64,000 nucleotides of DNA, from NCBI RefSeq assembly GCF_006345805.1, contig NC_042998.1, forward strand, positions 166,346,001-166,410,000, in the 5' to 3' direction. Source of the DNA: Octopus sinensis. Its lineage: Eukaryota. The position numbers were made by a program, and so were the translations under genes. Below, piece after piece: positions 41,275 through 54,492 of the stretch (the stretch's first letter is position 1; each line of letters starts with the position of its first letter). Under the pieces are notes generated by a model, which did no database searches, was not told the origin of the DNA, and was given only the letters and a program-made list of their open reading frames with translations.

Positions 41275-41402
41275 AAGCGCAGGCATGGCTGTAAGTCCAA
41301 AAATCTCGTTTTGCAGCCCCGCAGTTTCAGTCCCCCCCACAGCCCGACCATTGGCCTGCAAGTGAATTCTGTAGACGGAAACTATGTGGAAGCCTGTCGT
41401 AT
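41275..41402 (+). mobile_element. SINE family B, 5' fragment
   Basis: GCGCAGGCATGGCTGT...GTAGACGGAAACT. Confidence 0.65.
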
Positions 41403-41429
41403 ATATATATATATATATATATATATAAC

Positions 41430-41690
41430 TGAGAATGTGTGTGTGTGTCTGTATGCGTGCATGACTAAAACTCGAGAACTACTCAACCGATTTAATTCAA
41501 AATTTACACATGCCTTACTTAGGGTCCATGGAATTTCATGGGCCAAAAATCTTTTCAACTAATGCGAGCTCGAAGCAATCTCTTATCTGTTTCGTTATTA
41601 CGTGTCAAAAGTGAAACAATAACATCTCTATTATAATGTAATATAATACTTTCACTATATTTGGTTTCTATTACAATTACTTTCACTCTG
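41430..41690 (+). mobile_element. Possible non-autonomous Helentron-type (DINE/HINE-like) element
   Basis: TGTCTGTATG...AAAACTCGAGAACTACTCAACCGATTTAATTCAAAATTTACAC resembles the post-microsatellite block of such elements (from memory). Confidence 0.4.
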
Positions 41691-41705
41691 TATTTATACA
41701 GATGT

Positions 41706-41813
<108 letters not shown>

Positions 41814-41823
41814 GTAGATAGGT

Positions 41824-41875
<52 letters not shown>

Positions 41876-42301
41876 TTGTTAAAGAGAACAACAAACAATG
41901 CTTGTTGTCCTCTTAAATGTTTAATGGTTGTTGTCCTATTTAACGATAATATATACGTTGCATCGGAAATCCGCAATGGCTCCACAACTACCGTCTTGGC
42001 TATAACCTTGGAGACCTAGTAATCCGTTAGAGCACTTACCTAGCGTCCTTAATCGTTTAGATCACCTGTGAACTAAACCATCATACTTTACGATAATAAT
42101 GTTTATAAATCTGAGGGTATATAGCATACAGCTTTAATTTTTTTTTATATACTGCTTGACTATATATTTACACACGCGCACTAAATTCGAACTCTTAAAT
42201 GGATAAAGATGTAGCTGTCTTGCGCACGTGTTTTCGTTAGTATTTGCAACTACATACTTATTTATTAAGTAGTGATTCCGCTGACGAGCTACAGATTATA
42301 T

Positions 42302-42341
<40 letters not shown>

Positions 42342-42441
42342 ATGTATAAATGTGTGTATGTATATATATGTATAATATGTTTATATATATATATATACAT
42401 ACATATATATATTATATAATATATATTTATTATATAGAAGG

Positions 42442-42491
42442 AGCTTCTACAGGACTAGTACTGTTTCATTCAAGAGAAATCTTCAGGAGCT
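42442..42491 (-). ncRNA. Type I hammerhead ribozyme, minus-strand copy
   Basis: Inverse of 42607-42657 with one T missing from stem I. Confidence 0.6.
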
Positions 42492-42606
42492 ATTTAACAA
42501 GAATTGTATTAGCATTTATACATTAGGCAGGTTTAAATGTATAAATGCTAATACAATTCTTGTTAAATGTATAAATGTATAAATGCTAATACAATTCTTG
42601 TTAAAT

Positions 42607-42657
42607 AGCTTCCTGAAGATTTCTCTTGAATGAAACAGTACTAGTCCTGTAGAAGCT
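42607..42657 (+). ncRNA. Type I hammerhead ribozyme, plus-strand copy
   Basis: AGCTTC-CTGAAGA-T(TTC-TCTT-GAA)T-GAAA-CAG-TACTAGTC-CTG-TA-GAAGCT: 6-bp stem I, full core, GUA site, palindromic ACTAGT in loop 3; atypical U-U at base of stem II. Confidence 0.7.
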
Positions 42658-42738
42658 CCTTCTATAAATAAATTATTTTACTCTGCTATGTATTGAGTAC
42701 CTTACTTACTGTGGTTAACCCCGGATCACCCGGGACCT

Positions 42739-42779
<41 letters not shown>

Positions 42780-42799
42780 GATATATATATATATAATAT

Positions 42800-42854
<55 letters not shown>

Positions 42855-42864
42855 AATATATTGC

Positions 42865-43690
42865 CATGATTGACCGCTAGCCACTAAAGCTTTTTTTATT
42901 CTCTTTATATACGACGGTCTCCTCCTTCAGTGTCCGTCTACCGAATCCATTGTCTAGGTTATGGTAGGCGTGAGGTACTAGTAAAAGACACTTGCTCAAA
43001 TTGCTGCGCAGTGGTCTTGAACGCAAGACCGCAAGGGAAGCAAACTATTTAATAGACCCGCCATATAAGTTTAGAAAAATGCACATTTACACATTTATGT
43101 TTATACACAAGCACACACATACACTCAAACACTTACAAGCACACACACATACACACACACACTCACACACAAACACATACACACATACACAGGCACGCAC
43201 ATACACAAACACACACACACATATATATATATAAACAAACAGGAAGCCATACACTAAATTTAATAGTCATCTCAAGTTATCAAAATATTGTAATGTTAAA
43301 AATAAGACTGTTATCTGGGTGCGTTTCTATTTATAAGTATACGCCTGTGATTTCTTCAAAGGCAGATTTTAGAAATACATCTTACGGACGCCTAAAATAG
43401 AAAGAAAGCAGAGGCGTGTGTGTGTGTGAGTGTATATGTATATAGTTTGTTTTTCTGACGCTTTCATATATTTTTAGCTATTATCTTTTATCTTTTACTC
43501 GTTTCAGTCATTAGACTGCGGCCATGTTGGGGAACTTTTAGTCGAATGTACCAAGCCCGTACTTACATTTTATAAGCCTGGTACTTATTCTATCGGTCTA
43601 TTTTGCCGAACTGCTAAGTTACGGGGACGTAAACACACCAGCTCCGGCTGTCAAGCGATGGTGGGGAGGAACAAACACAGACACAAAGAC
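42865..43690 (-). mobile_element. SINE family B fragments (about 42865-43040 and 43488-43690)
   Basis: Reverse of family B head and tail. Confidence 0.7.
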
Positions 43691-43873
43691 ACACGCACGC
43701 ACGCACATATGCGTGATGTGTTTTTTAGAAAAGTAAACATGTAACTCTTTCCCATTGTTGTTATCTAATTTTCAGCGAAGGCGCTTTAATTCCTCGGCAG
43801 AAACCAACTCCTTCTTTAATGGAGAACTATCAGAAGCTCGAAAGATAACCCTCGTGTGTGTGCGTGTGTGTGT

Positions 43874-43948
<75 letters not shown>

Positions 43949-44386
43949 TGTAAGAAATCCAGATATTGTCTAAGCTTGAAGAAATAAATATAAATTATTT
44001 CTGTAGTTGCCTTTCTATTCAAAAATTTCGTCCCGAATTTTGGTAAGGTGTTAATGACCTAGTGTTATTCAATGAGTTGTTTGTGTCTATATTTTTAGAA
44101 TATCTCTCATAAGCCACCCTCGCAAATTCACCAAATTTAAACAAACTCAACCATTCAGTAAACATTACGTTTACACATATACATACAATACATACATTCA
44201 TACAATCATATGTATACACTTACATACATATAGACATACATACCAATCTATATTCTTACATTCATACGCATATTCATGCTAAAGTACATATTATATGTTT
44301 ACATACATTCATGCATAGATAGCTACATTCTCACAAACTTGCAAACGTATTTCTGCAACACCACACACACACAATATATATATAAC

Positions 44387-44453
<67 letters not shown>

Positions 44454-44560
44454 CGTACACACATACATATATATATACGTACATGCGAAGATACATACAT
44501 ACATATAACATACATACATACATACATACATACATACATACATACATACATACATACATA

Positions 44561-45024
44561 GAGGTCAACTGCCCAGTGAATGTGAATGTACAATCAAAAG
44601 TCCCAGAAGAAGAGTATATTTAGGTCGAATTATTGTAGAACTTACAGCTCTTGCACCCTGACTATGAATTCTCGTTTGTACCTATCATCATAGGTGCATT
44701 AGCTTATGTACCAACAAATTTTCGCAAAAATCTAGGAATACTCGGTTTTATGGAGAAACATCGAAAGGAACTGATGCGGTTTCTCCAAATCCAATCTTTT
44801 CTTGGTATAGTAAAGATATGTAAGACATTCCAAAATTCTCTATGTGAGAATCTTATATGAATAGATGCACACTCTTGAGTGTATGCATCGGCAGTTCAAC
44901 AAACACACCAGCTGAGCCACATATTTCCAAACATCGGGAACTCTCTTAACTCAAAAATTCTTTTCGCTTTGCTAACGACCGTCTTGAACTCTCTCAAGAA
45001 CTTAAATAAAACTCAAAGACAAAT
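44561..45024 (+). mobile_element. 3' end of REL-endonuclease non-LTR element flanked by (CATA)n
   Basis: EVNCPVNVNVQSKV...NLQLLHPDYEFSFVPIIIGAL...LQIQSFLGIVKICKTF; CATA arrays at about 44505-44560 and 45025-45043. Confidence 0.7.
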
Positions 45025-45082
45025 CATACATACATACATACATAAAAAAATAAATTCGTAATATTACTCCAAGCATTCAGTC

Positions 45083-45295
45083 GGCGAGCAGGCAGAGTCG
45101 TTAGCACGCCGTACAAAATGTTTTGCGGCATTTCACCCGTCTTCAAGTTCTGAGTTTAAATTCTATCGAGGTCCACTTTGCCGTTCATCTTTTCAGGGGC
45201 GATAAAATAAGTACCAGTTGAGTACGGGGAGGAGGGCATGTAATCAGCTAACCACTTCTCCGTAATTGCTGGCCTTGTGCCAAAATTTTAAATCA
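45083..45295 (+). mobile_element. SINE family A
   Basis: Full head and core. Confidence 0.85.
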
Positions 45296-45346
45296 GAATT
45301 ACACGAAGCAATTCTAAATTCCATTATTTTGTAGAACCCATATATA

Positions 45347-46400
45347 GGTCCTACAAAATAATGGAAATACCTTAATGGATTTAAGTTTTATTAATTAATA
45401 CGGAGTTGCTCCAACTTTGGCTTTAGTCACATCTTTAATACGTTGAGGAGACGATTCGTACACGTTCTGAACAGTTGTGTGCTATTTAAGTCAAACCTGC
45501 GTTAGTTTCTTCAGCGACGGTGGCAGGCGGAAGCAGCCTCTCATTTGCTCTTTGAAAATGTACCATAAACGTATGATTATTCAGCGATCGGTTATTGTTA
45601 GGCTGGAGTCTTTCCATGAGGTCTATTTCCCCTTTTTGTTCCTCGTACCAGTTTTGGATAATACTGGGTGTGTGGGTCGGTGTACTAATATCCTGGAAAT
45701 TGTACAACCATCAGGTTGCAATGTTTGTACCATAGGGTGAATAATCAGATAATCCTTGGCTTCAACTCTGTCATGTATAACAACTAAAGGGCCAAAAGAA
45801 TTTTGTGTTATGACTACCAAAATCACCACAGAGCCAGTTACATGTTTCACGGAAGGGACACAGCAGTCAGGTTTGGAAGCTTTTGTCGGCTGTATCCAAG
45901 CATAAATTCACCCCGAAATGGAAACGGGATGATCGATAATTCATCGGAGATGGGATTGTTTTGTTGAGCCTCTGATCACTTTTCGTAATCTTGACACGAT
46001 TTCCCCCACTTATCAGTGTTGATAAGCAGCAGAAAAGGTTTTGAAATTGCAACCTTTCCATGGTATCTAATTTTATGAAGGTCACGAAGAGATGTTTTTG
46101 TTGACAAAGAGTTGTTAAGGTAGAGTTGTTAAGTCACTTTTCCTGCCATAATTCGATGGTCCTTAGACACAATATTTTGCACAATTCTGCAGGCCTTTTC
46201 TGTAAGCTTTGCCTTCCATCCAGAATTATGCACGCCAGAGCTGATTTTACTTCGGATTTGGAATGACAACACAATTCTGGAGATGTATCTTTCGAAATAT
46301 TTAGCAATTCAACAGTTTCAGAGACTGAAACTCCCGCCATCTGCGTTCCAGCAATTTGTCCTCTCTGGAAATGTCATTCATTTTATCTTATTTAATTATA
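45347..46400 (-). mobile_element. Tc1-like transposon remnant
   Basis: TIR TA-GGTCCTACAAAATAATGGAAATACC; MAGVSVSETVELLNISK (paired-like HTH); QDISTPTHT...QNWYEEQ...PPPAT-like DDE region; related to 22343-23385. Confidence 0.85.
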
Positions 46401-46640
46401 AATATCCACTAAAGGAAATGAAAAAGAGAGGGCTTGATCATGAAGTACAAGGTTTACATATGGTATATGAGCACATGTAATACAGACTAGAATAGCTTTT
46501 AATTTGACATATTGCCAAAAGAAAAGATCAATTAAATAAAAAAAAATGTTTCTATTAATTCAACCCCTATATACACACCACTCTCTCTCACTCATCCTCT
46601 CTCTCTCTCTCTCTCAACTCTCACTCTCTCTCTCATAACA

Positions 46641-46698
<58 letters not shown>

Positions 46699-47299
46699 AC
46701 ACGCATATTTATACACCAGTCGATCCCTATTTTATTACTTTCTCCTAAATGACTTTTGATAATCATACTCCCCCACCATCTGTCTCATATATATCTCTTT
46801 GTATAAAAGGTGATGTTCTCAAACCAATTTAAATAGTAATTTACAAAAAAAGAATTGTATTGTATCCTATTGAGCTTAGTCTAAAACGGAATTGCCTTTA
46901 CTTCCTGAATTATTATTTATTATTTGCTACCGATGAAATTTATTTTGTTTCAACAGGACACTTACAATACGCGCCCTTTTATTACACTTTCTGCTCTTCG
47001 CACTTAATTTGGGAGACGAAATTAGTCCCATCAGATTTTAACTTTCAATAACATATTTTTCAACAGTAACGTTGTATTCCACGTTGAAATGTTAAATAAA
47101 ATAACCAACTTAACATATTGTATTTGCGCGTAAGTAATTGTATCCTGATTGTCCGAGATACAGTAGACATGTCCCACGGGGATCTGTCCGCTTATTTGTC
47201 TGTCTAAAGGGTATTTTTTTATTTATCATTTTATGAACTATTACACGAGTCTGCATGATTTTCTGTTTAAATGTCTACATAACTTTATAAAACAATTTT

Positions 47300-48065
47300 T
47301 TACGCTGATTTCAGAGCTGTCATTAGTTTTTCTCCATCACTTTTAGTTTTTCTGTAATAAAGCTTTGATTTTTTTTCTGTCTTATAACAGTGATTATCTG
47401 ATTTATTTTGCTCAACAAAATAGATTCCTATAAACCAAAGCTGACCTAATATTCGTAAAGATAAAATAGCAGCCAATATAAAGTTTATTAAACAGTCTTT
47501 AGCAACTCTAACAGACAACATGTTCTTGAAAAGCTGTGTACATGATTACTAACTGATGCTTTAGTGTTGTTTTAGTAGTTCCAGAAGTCAGTCGTTGGTG
47601 ATATTTATATATAAACTATATTTAAAATGAATTCTTATAAACGTAAGTACGCGAACAATTGAGACACGTTCTGCTACATTATGGCATTAAACAGCAACAA
47701 AATATAACAGATCTTGAAAAAATTTATACGATGACAAATCTTGGGCTCTACACAAAGTATATCGCACTCGTGTAGAAAAGCTGAGACTCTGGAAACTAGG
47801 TAGGAAAAAAGAAATGTCCTTTGGAATACCAATGGTGTGACGAGAACTAAGATGGGTACAGTGCAAAAAATAAGCATAAGATAGTACATCATAGTATTCC
47901 CTTGGCTATACGGCCTATTACACATGGGGCTGGCATTCCAGTTACTCTCCCCATCACTTGTTTTGGAGAATGTTACATCAGACAATGATGAAGAAGACAA
48001 ATGTGAAGGTGATGACTACACTTCTGACAAAATCGAAGGTCTGCAGTTATTTACACAGGTTACAT
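47300..48065 (+). mobile_element. Chapaev3-like (CMC) DNA transposon 5' remnant
   Basis: DTFCYI, DKSWALHKV, WKLGRKKEMSFGIPMV, KNKHKI...AIRPITHGAGIPV, acidic SDNDEED, LQLFTQ in expected order; family name from memory. Confidence 0.6.
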
Positions 48066-48085
48066 TAGTTAGAATATTTTGGTGG

Positions 48086-48120
<35 letters not shown>

Positions 48121-48308
48121 TGTGTGTCTGTGTGTGTGTGTGCGCGCGCGTGTATTTATATTATCGGACAACCTACGACAATGTCCCACACAACTGGCTC
48201 TTGGAATGTCTGAGGACTCTCGGAGTCAAAGCAGAAGGCAATAAGAGTGTAGTGTGGGATGTAGAAGTGATATGTGCAAATGAATCGCTACGCAAGTAAA
48301 AAATACGT

Positions 48309-49845
48309 AGAGACTCACTCTTTCTGTTACTCTTTATCATTGCCCTAATCCCGCTGGCAAATGTACTCAGAGAACTCAGGCCTGTCTATGAGTTTACCAA
48401 AACCAAGATAAGCATAAATTACCTACTTTATACAGATGACTTCAAGATATTTACAAAAATGAGATAGAGCTGGATTCTCTAATGCAGACAGTGACAATAT
48501 TAAGTAAAGGCATAGGAATAGAGTTAGGAGTTGATAAGTGCCCAGTACTAACTATGAAGAGAGGCTGAAAGATACGTCCGATGGCTTAAAATTACCACAG
48601 CATCATTCGATCGCCGTGAGTAATGAGGGATACAAATATCTCGGAATACTGCAAAACAATAAGACAATGGAAAGAGAAATGAAAGAAAATGTCACTAAAT
48701 AGCACAAAAGAGAATTAGAAAAGCGCTCGAAACAAAATTAAATGAAAGGAGCAACATTAAAACTAGCAATTGATAAACTCTATCCCCTTTCTGAAATGGA
48801 CAAATATCGAGCGGTAGAGCTTAGAAGAACCAGAAAGCTGCTAACAATGCACAACATACTCCATCCTGAAAGTTATACCGACCGACTCTATCTGCCAAGA
48901 AGGAAAGGTAGAAGAAGATTACTGAACGCAGAAGACACTGTTGGTACTGCGATACTGGGGCTGAAAAGTTATATTGTACAGTATAAAGAAAGAAAACTTT
49001 CAACAGCTAGAGATACCCCAACACTGAATGAAACAGTCGGAAAATTCAAAGAGAAAAAGAACAATAGAATGAACAAATGGAAAGAAATAGAACTGCACGG
49101 CCAATTCATGCAACAAACCAACAATTTTGGAAGTGAAGCCCGCTGGTTTTGGTTGACGGACAGGAACTAGAACGAGAAAGAGAGGCACTAGGACAAATCT
49201 AATCAAGGCAACGATCGACAAAACTCAGACAGCAAATACAGAATGTGTGGGAAAGGGGATGAGAGTGTCAATCACATTTTGAATGAGTGCAGTATACTAG
49301 CACAAAAGGAATACAATCTCAGACATAACGGCGTAACCGAGAGTGCATTGGGATGTAAGTTGAGTATGTGACTTCGAAACAACAGAAAAGCGTATGAACA
49401 CAAACCAGAGGCAGTAATAGAAAATGAGAATTACAACATCTGGGACTTCGCCATAGAGAATAACCATACTACTGAGGTATGAAGACCAGACATGATTAAA
49501 AAGGACAAAATAAACAAAGAGTGCAAGATCATTGATTTTGCAAATTCCTTATGATACCAAAGAAAAGCAAAATATTGAGATATACCAGGATCTAGCCAGA
49601 GAGCTGAGGAGACTGTGCAAGACCAAGACAACAATTATTCCTGTAATAATAGGTGCACTTAGCACAACACTCAAAATGCTACCTAAAAGACAGGAAGAAA
49701 TTGGAATTGAAACTCGCATTGTCGACTTGCAGGAAAGTACCACCCTATATTCTGCGAGATTCCCAAGAAAAATTCTTGAGATTTGAAGAGACTTGTCACC
49801 AAACTTCAAGTTAAAATACCTACTAACTAAATTAGTATGCACTAA

Positions 49846-49847
<2 letters not shown>
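48309..49847 (+). mobile_element. R4/Dong-like non-LTR retrotransposon, 5'-truncated, decayed, ending in (TAA)n
   Basis: RT DSL..LLFIIALIP and LLYTDDFKIF; zinc knuckle (Y)RMCG...NHILNEC...RHNGV; REL RPDM...KIIDFA; YQDLARELRRL...IPVIIGAL. Confidence 0.9.
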
Positions 49848-49876
<29 letters not shown>

Positions 49877-49912
49877 ACAACAACAACAACAACAACAATA
49901 ATAATAATAATA

Positions 49913-49959
<47 letters not shown>

Positions 49960-49986
49960 AATAACAACAACAACAATAATAATACT

Positions 49987-50035
<49 letters not shown>
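49848..50035. repeat. Compound (TAA)n(CAA)n(TGA)n microsatellite
   Basis: Directly visible. Confidence 0.95.
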
Positions 50036-50038
<3 letters not shown>

Positions 50039-50483
50039 GTTTCAAATTTTGCCACAAGGGCAGCCATTTTGGAGGAGGAGATGGGTCGATTACACCGACC
50101 CCAGTATTTCATTGGTACTTAATTTATAGATCCCGGCGACTTTTGAACTCAGAGCGTAAAGACGGACGAAATGCCACTAAGCATTTTGTATCGCGTGCTA
50201 ACGATTCTGCTAAGCACGCCACCATAATCATCATAGTCATGATAATTATCATTATAATTATATGTCATTTGGTTCACAACGAATGTGGTAATTTGTCTGC
50301 CATTATGGTTGGGGATTTATCCCTCCGAGATCAGCTTTGACTTTCATAATCTCAAGATCGAAAAAATAAAGTATCAGCCACCTACTGCAGTCAGACTAAC
50401 CGGCTGACCTCTCCCTTCAAAACTGCTAACTTTCAGCCAAAATTAAAAGGAAGCTTCCTGTGGACTATAATGATGTTTATCGG

Positions 50484-50555
<72 letters not shown>

Positions 50556-51105
50556 GACCTTAACCAGTTGAGCATGTCCCTTAGTGGCTGACGATATGTG
50601 CATCTCTGATCACGAGCAGAAGTAGTGGGGGAGCATCATAGCCATGTGTTGAGAGGGATTCTTTGGGGTTTGAATAATTCACCTCTGGAAACATGGGTGG
50701 TTCTTTCAACATCCTTAAACAACCCTTATTCAGGGACCTTTTGAGCGGGATGGGCTACTCAACCTGAAGAAAATTCTAACTGGGCCCCACCTGCAAGGTC
50801 ATGCGCTGTTTATCTTGATATGAGATCACCATGTCCGCGCACATATGGTTGCGATGCATGTGCCTGGTGTACCTTATCAGACGGGTAGTCATGATGGGTT
50901 ATTTGGCTTCGTATATTTTACCCCAGTGTCACTTTGATGGCATGAACTGCTCTCTCACTCAATAATAATAATAATAATCCTTTCTACTAAAGGCACAAGG
51001 CCTGAAATTTTGGGGGAGTAGACTAGTCGATTAACTAGTACTTAATTTATCGACTCCGAAAAGATTAAAGGCCAAGTCGACCTTGGCGGAATTTGAACTC
51101 AGAAT
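50035..51105. mobile_element. SINE family A fragments (- 50035-50215, + about 50300-50450, - 50978-51105)
   Basis: Family A core motifs. Confidence 0.7.
50556..50960 (+). mobile_element. (TAA)n-embedded repeat, 5'-truncated copy
   Basis: Matches reverse of 3734-4287. Confidence 0.85.
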
Positions 51106-51144
51106 AACAATGATTATAATAATAACAATGATAATGATAGTAAT

Positions 51145-51643
51145 ATGGCTTCTGATCTTAACTGATTGGAAGTGTTATCATGTACATTGTTGTGTATTGG
51201 TACAAAAGATAGGCTACAGCAAATATTCTGCTCAATACCACAGATTTACTTGTCAGTTGTTTGACAATAACCAGTTGACCATGTCCTTCAGTGACTAACG
51301 ATATGTGCATCTCTGATCACGAGCAGAAGTAGTAGGGGAGTATCATAGCCATGTGTTGAGAGGAATTCTTTGGTGTTTGGATAATTAATCTTTGGAAACA
51401 TGGATGTTTCATTCAACATCCTTAAACAACCTTTATTCAGGGACCTTCTGAACGGGATGGGCTATTCAACTGCAAGGTCAAGCGTTGTTTATCTTGATGT
51501 GAGTTCACCATGTCGCGCACATATGATTGTGATGCATGTGCCTGGTGTACCCTTATAAAGCGAGTAGACATGATGGGTCTACTGGGCTTCGTACATATTT
51601 GTACCCCAGTGTCACTTTGATGGCATGCACTGCTCTCTCAATC
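51145..51643 (+). mobile_element. (TAA)n-embedded repeat, 5'-truncated copy
   Basis: Matches reverse of 3734-4287; followed by ~140 bp of TAA/TTA. Confidence 0.85.
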
Positions 51644-51679
<36 letters not shown>

Positions 51680-51752
51680 CATAATAATAATCATAATAAT
51701 AATAATAATCATAATAATAATAATAATCATAATAATAATAATAATAATAATA

Positions 51753-51793
<41 letters not shown>

Positions 51794-52312
51794 CATTATA
51801 GCGGAACGATTTATAAAGTAAGCTGCTATATATAGAGAGAAAATGACTCGTACAGACAGTAAAAAAAAAAAAATAGGTGTGTCAATCCAAATTGATGACG
51901 TCATACACTTAAATGTTTGTGTGTGTGGTGAGGTGAGGAATACTAATTGTACTGTATTTACTAGTGCAATTTCTTACTGTTTGTTATTATTTCACTGAGA
52001 GAAACAAACAGGAGTGTAAAAACTAAATTCGACTACTAATGACGTCAGATATTTATCGTCTACACACATACGCATACACGCACACACATACACTCACATA
52101 CGTACACTCACACAGACACACAGGCGCACACACACATTCAGTCGGCCTAATTTTGGGTGTTTAATTTTACCTCTATGCTGTTTGTTAGTTCCTTTCTTGT
52201 TATTTCGTTGGTCTGTATTTATATTTGTTTATTATTACTTTCATTTTATTTGAATTCATTTATTTTGCTAATGAGAACAAACTGGTCATTAAGTGCATTA
52301 CAGTGTATGTAC

Positions 52313-52343
<31 letters not shown>

Positions 52344-52345
52344 TA

Positions 52346-52389
<44 letters not shown>

Positions 52390-52433
52390 ATATACATACA
52401 TATATATATATAATATATATATTATATATATAT

Positions 52434-52478
<45 letters not shown>

Positions 52479-52603
52479 CATATATAAAATACATACATGA
52501 CAGACATTTGGTTTTGTCACAATTAATTTATCAAGTTAGCTAATGTATTTAAAGAAGCATTTGTTTTTGCTTTATTTTACACATATTTTTGTCTGTGTAT
52601 GTG

Positions 52604-52629
<26 letters not shown>

Positions 52630-52636
<7 letters not shown>

Positions 52637-52805
52637 GTAACAAATAAATACAGACATGGACAAGAACATGAAACACCAAAGAGACGACACAAGAACCACA
52701 GGACGGGACATTCGAAGCCCTCAGTCATCAGTCAAGAACCAGATCATCTTCGCAATTTCGGCTGATTAATCTTGAGATTGCTCCGATCTGGGCAGCCCCC
52801 AAAGG
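52630..52805 (-). mobile_element. pLTR-like fragment with weak HHR-like motif
   Basis: Minus strand CTGATGA-CTGAGGGCTTC-GAAT; stems poorly supported; abuts a TA microsatellite. Confidence 0.3.
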
Positions 52806-52808
52806 AAA

Positions 52809-52842
<34 letters not shown>

Positions 52843-52867
52843 CTGTGTGTGTGTGTGTTGTGTGTGT

Positions 52868-53085
52868 GTGTGTGTACTTTTACTCTTCTACACATTTCAG
52901 TCATTTGACTATGGTCATGCTGGAGCACGCTTTTAAGGGCTTTACTCGAAGAAATCGATCCCAGGACTTATTCTTTCTAAGCCTAGTACTTACTGTATTG
53001 TTCTATTTTGCCAAACCACTAATCTACGGAGATGTAAACACACCAACACCAGTTGTCAACCCGTGATAGGGGGACAAACTCAGAC

Positions 53086-53122
<37 letters not shown>

Positions 53123-53295
53123 ATAATAATATATACACGATGGACTTCTTTTGGTTTCCGTTACTTAATCTACTCGCAGACTTTCGTTGGCCTGAGACTA
53201 TATTAGAAGACACCTCCCCGAGCTGCTACGCAGTGAGACTGAACCTGAAAGCATCTGGTTGGGAAGCAAGTTTCTTACCATACAGAATGCCTGTA
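52868..53295 (-). mobile_element. SINE family B
   Basis: Tail 52868-53075, TA tract, head 53140-53295. Confidence 0.75.
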
Positions 53296-53544
53296 CCTAC
53301 TCACACGCGCGCGCACGCACACACACACACACATACACACACGCTTATAGTATGCAAATAAGTAACTCTAATGACATTTGCAATCATGGAAGCGCCAGGC
53401 AGTACGTCAGAATCTCTGAGATTGGTTGTCTATAACTAAAGAGCCTAATCCATCTTGTGTGAGCATATATGCACACAACTGGAGTGGCCATTGACTCTAC
53501 TGAGTTCATTTGCTCTTTAACGGGTTTCATTTTTCATACCGCAG

Positions 53545-53661
53545 GGTGTCCAAAAGTCATCCACCTCACCAACAGAGCTGGTGGTGTTGCCGCTTTAGTC
53601 GCCGACGACCCGACCATTCAATAGGTTGTTCTGAGTTACAGTTTACCAGTAGCTCTCAAGA
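53545..53661 (+). CDS. Candidate exon 5 (ends 53624 or 53661)
   Basis: Acceptor TTTCATTTTTCATACCGCAG|; frame GCPKVIHLTNRAGGVAALVADDPTIQ* (TAG 53622-53624, then GTTGTT), or a fully open 117-nt frame to CAAGA|GTAAGC. Confidence 0.45.
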
Positions 53662-53759
53662 GTAAGCCTACCTACTTACTTGTCTTCTGAGTCTTCGACT
53701 CTATATAGTGGTAATATCAAGGTTTTAAAAAATTTCATTAAACATGCCCAGGGGTATCT

Positions 53760-54220
53760 TAAACACTAAATGTCAGTCTCACCGGACACAGTTGTTCATC
53801 AGCAAGTCAACACAGCCTCTCTTGAAATGCTCCTCATACACAACCGTTTGCATTGGGCTGGGTACCTTATTACGATGCAAGATTACCTAAGCTGTTGTTT
53901 TACAGAAAATTGCAGCCTGGTAAACGTCCGTGATATAAATCTAGGAAAAGTTTTAGATATACCGTCAAAAGCAACAATAACATACTTAGTGCGAACTTTG
54001 AAAGCTGAAAGCAGATGGCGTAAAATCTATTGGTTTGGAAAGATGCGATCTACAATGGCTGTAAAGCATTTGAAAATAGGAAAAGTGAACCGTCCATCTT
54101 GAAACGATCATTCATAAGCAAGACTTGACTTCAAACCCAGAGATTTTTCTGTATGAAAATGTTTGTAACACCTGCAGCAGAGTCTGTTTGTCCAAATACT
54201 GATTTACTAGGCATATGAGA
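53760..54220 (+). mobile_element. RTE (BovB-like) LINE 3' remnant
   Basis: PDTVVHQQVNTASLEMLLIHNRLHWAGYLITM; terminal C2H2-like VCNTCSRVCLSK..TRHMR. Confidence 0.8.
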
Positions 54221-54492
54221 TTGCACGACAGTATTTACTAATTGAACAGATGGCTTTCTTCTGTAAAGATGTGGCAATCACTATATCTGCTAAGTACACA
54301 CACACGCGCGCACGCATACATGCACATATATATTTAAAAGTCAGTGTACAATATGCATCTCTTTGCTGGAAAGTAGAGTTAAAACTCTCCAAAGCCACGC
54401 ATCTCTCATATGTAAACACGCACGGACAATGTAGTAAATATACTAAAAACACAGTCTTGAATATAATTTTAACATCATAATTTTCAAAGGAT

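Noticed and set aside
42039-42064. Minus-strand 26-nt exon with strong GTAAGT donor
   Set aside because: Stops in all three frames; no supporting partner exon
43766-43845. Exon candidate between exons 4 and 5
   Set aside because: Peptides look plausible on both strands but it does not stay open through to a credible donor in the phases either chain needs
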